Source: an uncultured Nitrososphaerota archaeon
GTDB taxonomy: Archaea > Thermoproteota > Nitrososphaeria > Nitrososphaerales > Nitrosopumilaceae
Reading direction: 5' to 3'
Length of the DNA stretch: 64,000 nt
Assembly (NCBI GenBank): GCA_963701075.1
Contig: OY969559.1
Location: 1,184,577-1,248,576 of the forward strand
The notes under the pieces were generated by a model that worked only from the letters and a program-made list of their open reading frames with translations, was not told where the DNA came from and made no database searches. Every line of letters starts with the position of its first letter. The first letter of the stretch is position 1. A program made the position numbers and the translations under genes. This document shows positions 9,826-20,797 of this stretch, in pieces.

Positions 9826-10188
9826 GTGAATAATATGAAAATTCTACTAATAGATGACAATCAAGACATTACAACTATGATGCACAAGTATCTGACTATC
9901 AAAGGACATGACTGTATCGTCTCAAATGATGGAAGAAATGGCCTTACCATAATCGAGGGGCAGGAGTTTGATGTCATTTTGTTAGATTTGGCAATGCCTG
10001 AATTTACCGGCATTGACATTGTAAATGACCTTTACAATTCAGGAAAAATAAAAGAAAAGAAAATAATTTTGTTTACTGCCTCTAGTGTCAAAGATGACGA
10101 AATAAGAAATCTTATAAAAAAAGGAGTACATTCCTGTCTTAAAAAACCCGTGAAATTGGATTTATTGATAAAGTCTATCGGAGGGTAG
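9826..10188 (+). CDS. Single-domain response regulator (CheY-like receiver)
   Basis: 120 aa; LLIDDN...D (phospho-acceptor in VILLDLAMP) ...K pattern of REC domains. Confidence 0.8.
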   Translation: MNNMKILLIDDNQDITTMMHKYLTIKGHDCIVSNDGRNGLTIIEGQEFDVILLDLAMPEFTGIDIVNDLYNSGKIKEKKIILFTASSVKDDEIRNLIKKGVHSCLKKPVKLDLLIKSIGG

Positions 10189-10190
10189 AA

Positions 10191-11201
10191 ATGAATGAAG
10201 ATAAAAATGAGTCAGATTCTTCAATTAACGAGCCTAAAATCAGAGAACTCGAACAAGAGAAAATAATACTGGACGAAACAAACAAAATATTATCAAAAAA
10301 GACAGAGGAGTTATCAAAATCAAAGGAGGATCTTGAAAAGAAACTTCAGGAAGAAACAAAAAAATCAAAAGAACTAGAACAAGAAAAATTTATTCTAGGC
10401 GAAATTTCAGAATCAAACGAGATAAAGGCAGAAAAAAACCACAAGAGAACATTTGTTCTTATTGCTATCATTGCGGTCTGTGCGTCTTCGGCATTTGTTG
10501 GATATTCGTATTATGAGAATCAAGTGTTGATAAATACAACTTCTCATCTGCTTGGAAATTACAATTCTAACTATGTTATCCAGAATCTGCAGGGCTCTGT
10601 TGTCAATACATGGGTATCGTGGAATCTAGTACAAGGTCAGGTATTGCATGTCAACATTGTAAATGATGCCAATCTTCCAGAGGACAAGATAAACGCAATA
10701 AAAGATGCCATATTGTCTAATGGAACGGTAACAGTTGACGATTCCCTAATAAATGAGGGACCTTCAGGAACTTCCTCAATACGCTATAAAGGCTGGGATG
10801 GTGCACTAGCTAATTTAGAAAGTGATCCCGCAGCCAAATTTTACATACCTCAAAACTTTGACATAACAAATGACAGTAATAGTGCAGGAGATATCGTAAT
10901 AACGCTCACAAATGACGAAAATCCCGACGGTCTATCTGGGCTCACGAAATCTATTGCAGATGGAAACCAAGTTCTAAAGAGCCAAATAACAATATATGTT
11001 GCAAGCAAGCTTTCCGATGACCAACTTGGTGCTATTACAAGGCATGAATTTGGACATGCGTTGGGTCTTGCACACTCTACTGATCCTGAAGATTTAATGC
11101 ATGCAGTAATCCAAACAGACTATCCATACATTTCAGGCTGTGACATTGCTGCCATCAAGGGATTGTACGAGGGTGATGAGAGGAGTCAAGTAGCATGTTA
11201 A
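10191..11201 (+). CDS. Membrane-anchored metzincin-like zinc metalloprotease with N-terminal cytoplasmic coiled coil
   Basis: 336 aa; HEFGHALGLAHS = HExxHxxGxxH metzincin signature with downstream Met-turn-like LMH; TM FVLIAIIAVCASSAFVGY; 2-nt gap to upstream RR gene (operon). Confidence 0.6.
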   Translation: MNEDKNESDSSINEPKIRELEQEKIILDETNKILSKKTEELSKSKEDLEKKLQEETKKSKELEQEKFILGEISESNEIKAEKNHKRTFVLIAIIAVCASSAFVGYSYYENQVLINTTSHLLGNYNSNYVIQNLQGSVVNTWVSWNLVQGQVLHVNIVNDANLPEDKINAIKDAILSNGTVTVDDSLINEGPSGTSSIRYKGWDGALANLESDPAAKFYIPQNFDITNDSNSAGDIVITLTNDENPDGLSGLTKSIADGNQVLKSQITIYVASKLSDDQLGAITRHEFGHALGLAHSTDPEDLMHAVIQTDYPYISGCDIAAIKGLYEGDERSQVAC

Positions 11202-11261
11202 TAGATAATATACGTTCTTCAGTTTTTTCTTTGATTTGTTTATTTATCCATAATTGGATGT

Positions 11262-13031
11262 TTGACAGGGTGTGGAATGAGTACTAAATTACAGATTCAA
11301 GGTATTCTGATGGTGCTTGTTGCAACATCAGCCGCATTATTGATAACCATTGTATTTTATACGCAGCAAGAAATCAAACAGGCGACAGATGCCATTAAAG
11401 AAGAAAGATTGATAGTCGCAAATCAGATCGCTAATAGATTAGAATTACGTTTTGGTGACGCAATCAAAATTTTGCAACTTACAAGCAAAAATGATCACCT
11501 CGCGAGCCCTCCATTGGCATCTGCAATTGATAACAAATTACACGGCATACCTGAAAATATTGATACAGACAGAAGAAAAATAATGCATGATGTTTTTGTG
11601 ACCTATGGAGGTTTTCAAAACTTGCTTTTCTTACTTCCAAATGGGGATGTATACATCAACGAACCGTTCTTTTTTCAAAATAATATGACGACATCTAATT
11701 TTGCATTTAGAGATTGGTATAAGGATGTTATATCTTCTAACAGTGTCACTGTAAGTCAGGTTATCATTTCAAAATCAAGCATAAAACCAAATGTGGTAAT
11801 CGCAGTACCTGTTTTTTCTCAAAGCGGATCTTTGGAAGGAATTTTAACGGGATCCCTAAGTCTAGATGCAACACAAGAATATCTAAAGAGTTTGCAATCG
11901 TATACTAATGAGAGAATATTGATACTGGATAACGCACAAACTGTAGCTGCAGATTCGGGAGAAATTCTAAAAGGTCAGAAATTTCCGGCCATCACAACAA
12001 TAACTCAAAATGCCATTGTTGGCGAGAACGGAACAGATACTGATACAGTAAATGGTACAAAGATGTTTGTGGTATATAGTCCAGTGAAAATAGGGCAAAC
12101 TACTTGGGCTGTAATTTCTATGCAACCATATGATGATGCATTTCATTCTGTAAATTCATCAATACAAGAGTCATGGATTTTGGTAATCTTAATTATAGTA
12201 ATAACCTCGATCTCAAGCTATTATCTTTATAATATATTTAGAAGACAAGTCAAACTATCAAAAGAACTTGAAAATGCCAACATCGAGTTACACATTCAAT
12301 CTCAAAAATTACATGATGCCGATACTGCAAAGGAGGAATTTGCCACAATGGTCACTCATGAATTAAAAACTCCATTGGTTACTATAAATGGCTACAGTGA
12401 GATGCTAAAAGAAACTGGCATTTTAGGAACTCTAAATAGCGAACAGGAAGACGTGGTAAATAGAATTTATGCAAGTTCCAAAAAACTTGAGAACTTGATC
12501 GGGGACATACTTGTTGCCCAAAAGTTGGATCTGAATAAAATGCACTACAACAAGGTCGATTTTGATGTTGGAGAATTCATGAATGATTTGGCACAAACAT
12601 ACTCTTCTGTTATAAAGGATAAGCAAATTCAATTTAAAAATACAACAACTGAAAGATTAACAATAAACACCGACAAAGATAGGCTATCTCAAGTCCTTGA
12701 CAATCTGATTCGAAATTCAATAGATTTTGTCCCCGCTATAGGCGGAGAAGTTGAGATTTGCGCAAAAAGTAAGAATGAAAATATCGAATTTTTTGTTAAA
12801 GACAATGGTATAGGCATTCCAAAAGACAAACAAGCCAACCTTTTCAAGAAATTCTACCAGATAGACTCGTCTCTGAAAAGACAGCATGGGGGAACAGGCC
12901 TGGGATTGGTAATATGTAAAGGAATTGTAGAAGGTCTGGGAGGTAAAATATGGCTAGAGAGCGAGGCTGGAAAGGGAACTGTTGTCTATTTTTTGATACC
13001 ACAACATGATGAAGCAAATGATGCCAGTTAA
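11262..13031 (+). CDS. Sensor histidine kinase (extracytoplasmic Cache-like domain, TM, HisKA, HATPase_c)
   Basis: 589 aa; H-box FATMVTHELKTPL; N/G1/G2 boxes (DNLIRNSIDF, VKDNGIGIP, GGTGLGL). Confidence 0.85.
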   Translation: MTGCGMSTKLQIQGILMVLVATSAALLITIVFYTQQEIKQATDAIKEERLIVANQIANRLELRFGDAIKILQLTSKNDHLASPPLASAIDNKLHGIPENIDTDRRKIMHDVFVTYGGFQNLLFLLPNGDVYINEPFFFQNNMTTSNFAFRDWYKDVISSNSVTVSQVIISKSSIKPNVVIAVPVFSQSGSLEGILTGSLSLDATQEYLKSLQSYTNERILILDNAQTVAADSGEILKGQKFPAITTITQNAIVGENGTDTDTVNGTKMFVVYSPVKIGQTTWAVISMQPYDDAFHSVNSSIQESWILVILIIVITSISSYYLYNIFRRQVKLSKELENANIELHIQSQKLHDADTAKEEFATMVTHELKTPLVTINGYSEMLKETGILGTLNSEQEDVVNRIYASSKKLENLIGDILVAQKLDLNKMHYNKVDFDVGEFMNDLAQTYSSVIKDKQIQFKNTTTERLTINTDKDRLSQVLDNLIRNSIDFVPAIGGEVEICAKSKNENIEFFVKDNGIGIPKDKQANLFKKFYQIDSSLKRQHGGTGLGLVICKGIVEGLGGKIWLESEAGKGTVVYFLIPQHDEANDAS

Positions 13032-13059
13032 CAAACAGACTATGAGAAGGCAAACTAAT

Positions 13060-13605
13060 TCAAATTAATTTCTCTTTTTCATTGAAATACTTGCTACGAA
13101 GTGCATTGATTTTTGATTTAATCAAGCGATTCTCAAGTATGGCATTCATCTCTTGGAGGCGAGCTTTTTTTGCTGCAATCTCCTCGAGCAGTTCATGTTT
13201 TAGTCTGAGAACCAGATTATTTGTCTCAGAAATCACTTCGTTGATGTCGTAAGGCTTGTAAATTATGGCCGATGCGTCAAGTCCAAGTAATCTTTTCCGC
13301 GTCTCTTCTGTCAAGTCAGCTGTTATCAACATGACTATGGCATTTGGCTCGATCTCCCTTATTTTTTCTAATGTGTAAAACCCATCATGGTTTTCCATCA
13401 TCACATCAAGAAATACGACATCTGGCAAGAGTTTCTTGTACATCTTGATTGCGTTCAATCCATCGTATCCTTTTCCAATTACAGAAATGCCCTTTATTTG
13501 CAAAAATTCAGAAAGAACAGAGACTGTGTCAATATCATCGTCAATTACTATGGCAGTAATTCCTGGCCTGTCCCTCTTTTCACGTGGTTGTGAAAAAATT
13601 TCCAT
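13060..13605 (-). CDS. Response regulator: receiver domain plus C-terminal coiled coil
   Basis: 181 aa; IVIDDD...FLDVMM...K receiver pattern; heptad-rich tail. Confidence 0.75.
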   Translation of the reverse strand: MEIFSQPREKRDRPGITAIVIDDDIDTVSVLSEFLQIKGISVIGKGYDGLNAIKMYKKLLPDVVFLDVMMENHDGFYTLEKIREIEPNAIVMLITADLTEETRKRLLGLDASAIIYKPYDINEVISETNNLVLRLKHELLEEIAAKKARLQEMNAILENRLIKSKINALRSKYFNEKEKLI

Positions 13606-13838
13606 TTATTGCATGAATTAGCAAATATGTATTTTAGATGATTCTTGTGTAGTTTAAACGAACTATTCTTGCTAGCCTAAGAAAAACCCAAAAAAGACAT
13701 CTGTATCGAGGTTGTATCGTGCGTGATAAGTTCAGGTCTGTAAGGATTAGATCTATGAAAGTCTGACATTAGCAGGAATCAAGGCAGGGTGGATAACAAA
13801 TGGATAACCTTAATTCAAAATGCAAGTAAAAAACAATT

Positions 13839-14084
13839 ATGAGAAATTTTGGAACGGTTACTAAAGACCTCATTGCAAGAGTTGTTATTATTACGGCTAT
13901 CTACTCAATAATTTCCTACTTTGTTATACAAAAGTATCAATTAACACCAGATAAACTGACGACAGGTATTCCATTACTCTTTGTTATGTTTGGGATAGTA
14001 ATACTGATTAGCATTCTGTATTCCCTGAGAATGTATCACATATGGAATGGTAAAAATGAGCCGACAGTTGACAAGAAGAAATAG
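13839..14084 (+). CDS. Small membrane protein (two TM helices)
   Basis: 81-aa ORF with two hydrophobic segments. Confidence 0.3.
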   Translation: MRNFGTVTKDLIARVVIITAIYSIISYFVIQKYQLTPDKLTTGIPLLFVMFGIVILISILYSLRMYHIWNGKNEPTVDKKK

Positions 14085-14195
14085 TCAAATAATGTGCTCT
14101 CTCAAGTCGACAGAACCTAATAAAAATAGCCTCTTCCAAGAGAGCATATAAAGACAGCATAAATTTAAGTAACTAACACCTATTGTAAAGTCAAG

Positions 14196-14402
14196 TTGTC
14201 CAGTATCGAATCGCAGTTTTTAGAATCTAGTGATTTTTCAGAATATGAAGGCGAATGGGTGGCTATACTAGATAAAAAAATTGTCGCTCATGGTAAAACA
14301 TTAGCTGAAGTTTACGATAAAGTAGCAGATGCAAAATTGGTTAGAACACCATTATTTCATCGCATACCAAAGAAAGATGAAGTAGAAGCATTCATCCTCT
14401 AA
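14196..14402 (+). CDS. Small DUF5678-like protein
   Basis: 68 aa; GEWVAILDKKIVAHGKTLAEVYDKV resembles the DUF5678 family that is commonly paired with retropepsin-like proteases. Confidence 0.4.
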   Translation: MSSIESQFLESSDFSEYEGEWVAILDKKIVAHGKTLAEVYDKVADAKLVRTPLFHRIPKKDEVEAFIL

Positions 14403-14449
14403 AGAATATTTTAGGCAAATAATATTAAGTAAATTTCTGAACACTATTC

Positions 14450-14971
14450 ATGGTCGATATTGGACGTGGTACTGATAAACTTCATTTTCACTATAAATCA
14501 TTACCACATTGGGATAAGAATGGAAAATTAATTAATATTAAAAAACCAGCAATTGAAATAACTTTTAGAAAATTTTCAGAGAAAAAAAGTCTAGAGAACC
14601 GAGAATTAAGATTAAACGCATTAGTTGATTCTGGTGCGGATAGGTCTTTTTTACCAAAAGAAGTTACGGATGCATTACGTCTTGATATACAAACTACAGA
14701 TCAGAAAATCTTGACCATTGCAGGAGATACAAATGTATTCGAATCAAAAGTATATGCTGAAATTCAACGGTATGAGAAACTACCTATTCCTATAGGAATT
14801 CTCAATGTATTTGTAATGCCACATAATGTTAAAGAAACTCAAGTACCTCATTTTGTGATTTTAGGGAGAAAAGACTTTTTTGAGAAGTTTGAAGTCACTA
14901 TAAACGAATCTGCTCAATACATTACACTAAAAGATATTCATAAAGAAAGAGCCAAACAGACTAGATTCTAA
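14450..14971 (+). CDS. Retropepsin-like (clan AA) aspartic protease
   Basis: 173 aa; LVDSGADRSFLP contains the D(S/T)GA catalytic motif with flanking hydrophobic context. Confidence 0.6.
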   Translation: MVDIGRGTDKLHFHYKSLPHWDKNGKLINIKKPAIEITFRKFSEKKSLENRELRLNALVDSGADRSFLPKEVTDALRLDIQTTDQKILTIAGDTNVFESKVYAEIQRYEKLPIPIGILNVFVMPHNVKETQVPHFVILGRKDFFEKFEVTINESAQYITLKDIHKERAKQTRF

Positions 14972-15478
14972 ATGAAACCCTTATCAAATTAGCCTCTAAA
15001 ACTTAATTTAACTAACATTATCTGAATCGCAGATGTTGCTTTTTGATCTTGGAATCTCCTTACAAATTATCGGATTTGTGATATTAGTGCTCGTAAGTGG
15101 TAGAAGTCCAACTAGTGCTTTTCTATTACTGGAATCTCATAAAGATGGTATTTCGATATTTTTAGGAAACGAATAGTTCCAGACAAATATATCGATAAAT
15201 TATTTTATTCAGCCATTGTGTGGTTATTTCGGGTTTAATTATGCAGTTTTCTTTTCTAAATTAACACCCGAAACTAACAAAGAGAAGATTTAGATCTTAA
15301 CACCCAAGTTCTGAACAGTGTAATATTTCAAAATACTTATTATCTAAATACCAAATTTCAACTGGGTTCAGGCCTGTGAGAGTTTGAACTCAACATAATC
15401 CGAAATTCGTCAATATCCATATAGGAATTTTAATTCTATGTAGATCATACGTATATACTTGTAAAACAACTTAGGGTA

Positions 15479-15976
15479 TTGGCAACTGAAAAGACAGATG
15501 AGATTTCAACAGTAGAGAACATGACAAAACAAGAAATGGCTAAAATAATAAAAACTGTCAAAAGGGAAGATGAATCTTCAGAAAAAGATACTGTTTCAAT
15601 CTGCGATGTCATGAAAAACAACACAACAGAAATAATCGAAAAATTAGAATCAAAATTTCCAACCTACGCACAACTATACGCTGATCTTTACAAAAAATAT
15701 CTGCACACCATAAGTGACCTTTATAGCACATGTTATCTATCTGAAAAAGAATTTTTTGACAAGTTAGGAATGAACAAGCCCGCAATTCAAGCCTTTGATG
15801 CTTATTGGAAATCCATCACAAACATTGTCCTGTCGCAAATTGATATGGGTACAAATTTTGCAAAAATGTACGTACAATTCAGGCTTGATACGATAGACTC
15901 GTATGATAAAGTAGCTCACCTCATGATGGATAATTGTGCAAGATCTTGGAGTCAGTTTAACTCGTACAATAAATAG
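15479..15976 (+). CDS. Hypothetical protein
   Basis: 165-aa ORF preceded by 500-bp non-coding region. Confidence 0.35.
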   Translation: MATEKTDEISTVENMTKQEMAKIIKTVKREDESSEKDTVSICDVMKNNTTEIIEKLESKFPTYAQLYADLYKKYLHTISDLYSTCYLSEKEFFDKLGMNKPAIQAFDAYWKSITNIVLSQIDMGTNFAKMYVQFRLDTIDSYDKVAHLMMDNCARSWSQFNSYNK

Positions 15977-16185
15977 TCAGACTAAATAATTACTAGAACC
16001 GTTTATTTGTCATATCAGATGCAGCCACCGCAAACTCAGACGATACGATATACGCTATTGCCAAAATATTTAGAGAATACATTGTTTATGCCAATATCTT
16101 AACTTCTGAAGAGTCATACAAGTCGGCGTCATCAAAGCTTGAAAAACTCAACTTTGCCCTCTATGATGTATCTATTTTTGCAGGC

Positions 16186-16560
16186 TTGATAAACAGAGAG
16201 TCTTTCTCAGACAAGGCAAACTACTGGACTGCGGGTCTTTTCATCTCGGCAGCAACAAACAAGGTGATACAAGAGGATGACACAGTAACGTTGGATTTCA
16301 CTCATCTGGATTCACCTGCTGATTGCATCGGATATCGACTCAAACAGGGCAAAATCGTATTGCAAGGCAATGGAGGGGATTATGTTGGCGAGCTAATGTC
16401 GGGAGGCAAGATCACAATACATGGCAATGCAGGATATTATGTGGGATACAACATGTCAGGAGGGCATATCACAGTCAAAGGCAACGCAGGTGGTCACCTT
16501 GGCACATACATGTCAGGTGGAGTCATCGATATAGAATGCCAAATTGGTTCAATCAGCTGA
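16186..16560 (+). CDS. GXGXG-repeat domain protein (glutamate synthase domain 3 / FwdC-like)
   Basis: 124 aa; repeated G-x-G-x-G pattern (GNGGDYVG, HGNAGYYVG, KGNAGGHLG). Confidence 0.55.
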   Translation: MINRESFSDKANYWTAGLFISAATNKVIQEDDTVTLDFTHLDSPADCIGYRLKQGKIVLQGNGGDYVGELMSGGKITIHGNAGYYVGYNMSGGHITVKGNAGGHLGTYMSGGVIDIECQIGSIS

Positions 16561-16934
16561 ATCTTGCAGAGGCAAAATCTATCACAAAGGAACATTGCTA
16601 GGATGATCTGCTTGTTGAAAAAAGGGGTTTTAAGACAAATTGAGAACTAAGGAGTAATCTCTGATTTGCTTGAGGTACTGCCGGGTGTTTTGGAAAGTTT
16701 TCCTCTTCTACTCCTCATGTAAAAGTATGCGATAGCGGCTGCCACAATTGCAACGCCAGCTATGATTGTGTTTGTAGGAATCATCATTGGTTTACGTCAC
16801 TGTCTCTAATAAACCGGCGTAACGCGACCTTTATGGCCACAAATGAGTTTTGACTCAAGTATGAAAACATCTGTGCTATCTTGGAAGCATTTAGTTGCAA
16901 TTGTTTTAAAATAAAAAAGAAAAGCTCCTTTACA

Positions 16935-17376
16935 CTAGTTTCGTGTAGGTGTGCATGCTTGAATCCAATATTGCAGTACGCCTTGGTTTAGTCCAGCAAA
17001 TGTTTTTACATTCTCGTTGAATGTATTGATCGCTTGCTGAGTAGCATCAATTGCAGCTAGTACTACTTTATTTTGTACTTCCTGGACCTTGATGATTTCT
17101 TCAGTTGTGTCGTTTGCTACCTTTATCATAGCTGCTGGAACATTTGTGTTTATGTTCAGCTTTGGTTGCAAATTCATGATTCATGGAAATGGCTGATTCT
17201 GTTGCCTTTTGCCATGCTGCAACATATGACTTTTGAAGATTTGTTATTGATTGATGATACTGTGGTATTGTTTTTTCTACCTCATCAAAAAATCTGTTTG
17301 CGTTGTGCTTGTAAACTGCGTGGATTTCTTTTGATTCTGTATGGAACTCTTTTGGTTCCGGTGCTAATTTACTCAT
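16935..17376 (-). pseudogene. Phasin-like/coiled-coil protein gene read as two overlapping ORFs (17101-17376 and 16935-17177) that join into one reading frame if a 1-nt frameshift near 17175 is corrected
   Basis: Frame A ends ...SMNHEFATK, frame B continues LNINTNVPAAMIKVANDTTEEII; both protein-like. Confidence 0.35.
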
Positions 17377-17410
17377 GTGTTCCTATGGCAGGTCTTGGCT
17401 TATATATCTA

Positions 17411-17445
17411 TTGGTAATAAATGGTAATAATTGGTAATTAAAACC
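17411..17445. repeat. Short tandem repeat (TTGGTAATAA-like unit x3)
   Basis: attggtaataaatggtaataattggtaattaaaaccaataa read directly. Confidence 0.4.
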
Positions 17446-17712
17446 AATAATCGTAAGAATTGAAACCGCAATTGACCAAAACCATGGTTTCCATGATGTC
17501 GCAAAAACAGTGTAAATTTATTCAACTGTGCTTCTATGTTGCGGAAAACTTTCGCAGTGTCCTGTTGTACGCAACACCAAATCTGTGTGCCTCATCTCTT
17601 GCATATTGGAGAACCTTTAGCGCAGAATTATTTTTTGGCAAGACAATCGGGCTTTTTAGGTTTGGATGGTAGATCTCTTCGTTCTCTTTCAGCTAGAGAT
17701 ACAACCGGTATG

Positions 17713-19122
17713 CTAACTCCGGCAGTTTTTAGCGCCCCAAGTGCGGCATTTCAGCTGACCCCTTCCTCCGTCTATGAGTATCAAGTCAGGCATCTTCGAG
17801 TCTTCCTGCCGCAATCTCAGGTATCTCCTTTTTACCACCTCATTTATCATTGCAAAATCATCTCTTCCATGCACTGTCTTGATTCTAAATTTTCTATACT
17901 CTGACTTTGCTGGCTTGCCGTCTACAAGGCACGACATTGAACCCACTGCATAGTCTGCTCCATGATTTGAAATGTCAAAGCATTCTATGGTTCTTGGGAT
18001 GTGCTCTAGTTTTAATTTCTCTTGAAGCTCAACCACGGCAGGGTCTGCGCCCTTTGACAGCAAGAGATCAATATTTTTCATTACTAGTCTTATCATCTCT
18101 TTTCGTTTTCCGGCGGCTGGTACCATTATATTGACCTTGAACCCTGCAGCGCGAGAAAATATCTCTTCGAGAATATCTTTTTCAGCTGGCATCTGGCTTG
18201 TCACTATGAACTTTGGAACAGGATTTGAAGAATAGTATTGTGATAGAAAACTTGAAAATGAATTGTCCCCTACCAAGTCAAATGAAAACGTGTTTCTGTC
18301 TTTTATCACGCCGCGAGTCTGCCTAAAACTCATGACATGTGCAGTCTGGTCCCTTGTCTTGATGCCAAAATATTCCTCGTCTGAGCCATGCACTGACTCC
18401 ATCTTTTGCTTGGTTTGAAGATTCTGAAGCCTCTGAAGTGTTTCGCGAATCTCCTTTGCTCGCTCATACTGTAAACTGGATGAGGCCTCCCTCATCTCTT
18501 CTTCAAGTTTTGCAACAAAATCCTCAAGCTTTCGCTTTCCTTTGAGAATGGATTCAAGCTCCAAGATATGTTCTGGGTATTGCTTTTGTGCGTCCTTGAA
18601 CTGGCATGGTGCCTCGCAGTTGCCTAGGTGATACTCTAGGCACGCCTCTTTTGGAAGCCTTTTGCATATCCTAATCTTGAATGTCTTTCTCAAAAGTCCG
18701 ATTGAGAGCATCTTTGAGCTTCCATGGGTAAATGGTCCGTATACGCGTCCTCCTCCAAGAAACTCTCCAGTCCTTGTCCTTCTTGCCACCATTAGGCGCG
18801 GAAACGCTTCGTTTGTAATCCTGAGATATGTGTACCGCTGCTGGTCTTTTAGCTCTATGTTGTAGGGAGGTCTGTAGCGCTTGATCATGTTGGATTCAAG
18901 CAAGAACGCCTCTTCTTCATTGTCGGTCAGCACAAATTCGATATCTCTTATTTTTTCAACAAGTTTCTGGGTCTTGTAGTTCTGGTTCTTGACAAAATAA
19001 GACCTGACGCGGTTCTTCAAGTTCTTTGCCTTTCCTATATACAGAATGTTGCCCTTGCCATCTTTCATGATATAGATGCCATAGTGAGACGGAATGTTCA
19101 GCGATGAAATATCAAGAGCCAT
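17713..19122 (-). CDS. uvrC: Excinuclease ABC subunit C (UvrC); intact for 469 aa, C-terminal ~60 aa continue in two other frames down to ~17534 (two frameshifts)
   Basis: GIY-YIG N-terminus ([28 protein letters not shown]), UvrBC-interaction and endonuclease domain ([11 protein letters not shown]); downstream frames read [21 protein letters not shown] and EEIYHPNLKSPIVLPKNNSALKVLQYARDEAHRFGVAYNR, matching UvrC consensus. Confidence 0.8.
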   Translation of the reverse strand: MALDISSLNIPSHYGIYIMKDGKGNILYIGKAKNLKNRVRSYFVKNQNYKTQKLVEKIRDIEFVLTDNEEEAFLLESNMIKRYRPPYNIELKDQQRYTYLRITNEAFPRLMVARRTRTGEFLGGGRVYGPFTHGSSKMLSIGLLRKTFKIRICKRLPKEACLEYHLGNCEAPCQFKDAQKQYPEHILELESILKGKRKLEDFVAKLEEEMREASSSLQYERAKEIRETLQRLQNLQTKQKMESVHGSDEEYFGIKTRDQTAHVMSFRQTRGVIKDRNTFSFDLVGDNSFSSFLSQYYSSNPVPKFIVTSQMPAEKDILEEIFSRAAGFKVNIMVPAAGKRKEMIRLVMKNIDLLLSKGADPAVVELQEKLKLEHIPRTIECFDISNHGADYAVGSMSCLVDGKPAKSEYRKFRIKTVHGRDDFAMINEVVKRRYLRLRQEDSKMPDLILIDGGRGQLKCRTWGAKNCRS

Positions 19123-20797
19123 TTTTCAAGATTCGCTTTAGGTACTGACCTGTGTAGCTTCTTGGGTTTTGAGAAACCTGCTCAGGTGTTCCAGTTGCAA
19201 CAATTGTCCCGCCGCCGTCTCCTCCTTCTGGGCCCAAGTCAATTATCCAGTCTGAATTTTTGATAACATCCATGTTGTGCTCAATGATTATTATGGTATT
19301 TCCAAGCTTTACCAAACGGTTCAAGACTTCAAGTAATCTTTGAACATCTGCAAAATGCAGTCCAGTTGTTGGCTCGTCTAGTATGTAGACCGTTCTTCCC
19401 GTATCGCGCTTTGACAGCTCTGACGCAAGTTTGACACGCTGAGCCTCCCCGCCAGACAATGTAGTAGCCGCCTGGCCTAGCTTGATGTATCCAAGACCCA
19501 CGTCAAAAACTGTCTGAAGCTTTCTCTGGATCGAAGGAATGTTTTTGAAAAATTCTAATGCCTCTTCTACTGTCATTGATAACACATCTGAAATGTTCTT
19601 GTCCTTGTAGTGCACTGCTAGTGTCTCAGAGTTGTATCTTTTCCCCTTGCATTCATCGCATACCACGTAAACGTCTGATAGAAACTGCATCTCTATTTTT
19701 TTGACCCCGTCTCCTTCACATGCAAAACATCTGCCGTCTGCCACATTAAATGAAAACTGTCCAGGGGCATATCCTCGCTCTTTTGATAATTCCGTCTCAG
19801 AGTACAGTTCCCTGATTGGTGTGAATGCGCCGATATACGTGGCAGGATTTGAGCGTGGGGTGCGCCCTATTGGGGACTGGTCTATTCCTATCACTTTGTC
19901 AATCTCGTCCAATCCTGATATTGCCTTGTGCCTTCCTGGCCTGTCGATGGAACCATAGATATCTTTGGCAAGTGCCTTGTAGAGAATATCGTTTACAAGA
20001 GTAGATTTTCCCGAGCCTGACACGCCTGTCACTGTAATCATCATCCCTAGGGGAAACGAGACATCGATACTTTTGAGATTGTTCTCTGCTGCGCCTTTTA
20101 CTATCATCTCTCCTTTTTTTGCATATGTTCTTTTTTCAAATTTTATTGCATCGTGATTTTTAAGATACTGTCCGGTTACAGACTCGACACTTTTTAAAAT
20201 GTCATGTATTGTTCCTTCAAAGACTACGTTTCCACCATGTACTCCCGCGCCAGGTCCCAAGTCGATAATCCAGTCAGAACTTCGCATCACCTCCTCGTCA
20301 TGCTCTACGACAAGTATTGTGTTTCCAAGGTCTCGAAGCTTTGTAAGCGTCTTGATCAATTTTGCATTATCTCTTTGGTGTAGCCCAATTGTTGGCTCAT
20401 CGAGCACATAGAGTACTCCTGTAAGGTTGGAGCCGATCTGAGTTGCAAGCCTGATTCTTTGCGCTTCTCCGCCAGACAGGGTTGAGCTAACCCTATTTAG
20501 CGTAAGATAGTTCAGGCCTACGTTTCTTAGAAACTCAAGCCTGGAAAGAATTTCTTTTAGGATTGACTTTGCAATGTATCTTTCAGTCTCGCTTAGCTGG
20601 AGATTTTTGAAAAACTCGTAACATGAATCAATTGATAAATCACAGACATCCATTATAGACAATGAACTAATCTCAACTGCAAGTGATTCATCCTTTAGCC
20701 TTCTTCCCTTGCATGTGTTGCACGGAGTCTCTCGCATGAACTTGCTTAGCTCCTCTCTTTTTGACTCTGAATCGGTCTCTGCGAAATTTTTCTGCAA
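19112..20797 (-). CDS. uvrA: UvrA, C-terminal ~560 aa (second ABC module); fragment of a frameshifted uvrA
   Basis: [12 protein letters not shown], zinc-finger cysteines, Walker [10 protein letters not shown] and second [12 protein letters not shown] signature. Confidence 0.85.
   Translation of the reverse strand: MQKNFAETDSESKREELSKFMRETPCNTCKGRRLKDESLAVEISSLSIMDVCDLSIDSCYEFFKNLQLSETERYIAKSILKEILSRLEFLRNVGLNYLTLNRVSSTLSGGEAQRIRLATQIGSNLTGVLYVLDEPTIGLHQRDNAKLIKTLTKLRDLGNTILVVEHDEEVMRSSDWIIDLGPGAGVHGGNVVFEGTIHDILKSVESVTGQYLKNHDAIKFEKRTYAKKGEMIVKGAAENNLKSIDVSFPLGMMITVTGVSGSGKSTLVNDILYKALAKDIYGSIDRPGRHKAISGLDEIDKVIGIDQSPIGRTPRSNPATYIGAFTPIRELYSETELSKERGYAPGQFSFNVADGRCFACEGDGVKKIEMQFLSDVYVVCDECKGKRYNSETLAVHYKDKNISDVLSMTVEEALEFFKNIPSIQRKLQTVFDVGLGYIKLGQAATTLSGGEAQRVKLASELSKRDTGRTVYILDEPTTGLHFADVQRLLEVLNRLVKLGNTIIIIEHNMDVIKNSDWIIDLGPEGGDGGGTIVATGTPEQVSQNPRSYTGQYLKRILKNGS

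Noticed and set aside
9676-9831. 51-aa ORF (MVGKSTLPITKKGKRKAGTIRNAFDISSINGKNGNIVGIAKIIAGFCRC) upstream of the response regulator
   Set aside because: Below ORF-track threshold, overlaps the RR start by 6 nt and has no recognisable motif; kept only as a possibility
14972-15478. 500-bp non-coding stretch with two copies of TTAACACCC(G)AA (15254, 15297)
   Set aside because: Repeat is short and could be chance in AT-rich DNA; no ORF or clear structure, though a promoter/ncRNA cannot be excluded
16323-16601. 92-aa Arg/Trp/His-rich ORF overlapping the GXGXG gene
   Set aside because: Composition is non-protein-like apart from the last ~20 residues; could mark a further frameshift at the C-terminus of the GXGXG protein but I cannot support it
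16647-16787. Possible 46-aa single-TM minus-strand ORF (MMIPTNTIIAGVAIVAAAIAYFYMRSRRGK...)
   Set aside because: Too short to call without conservation evidence
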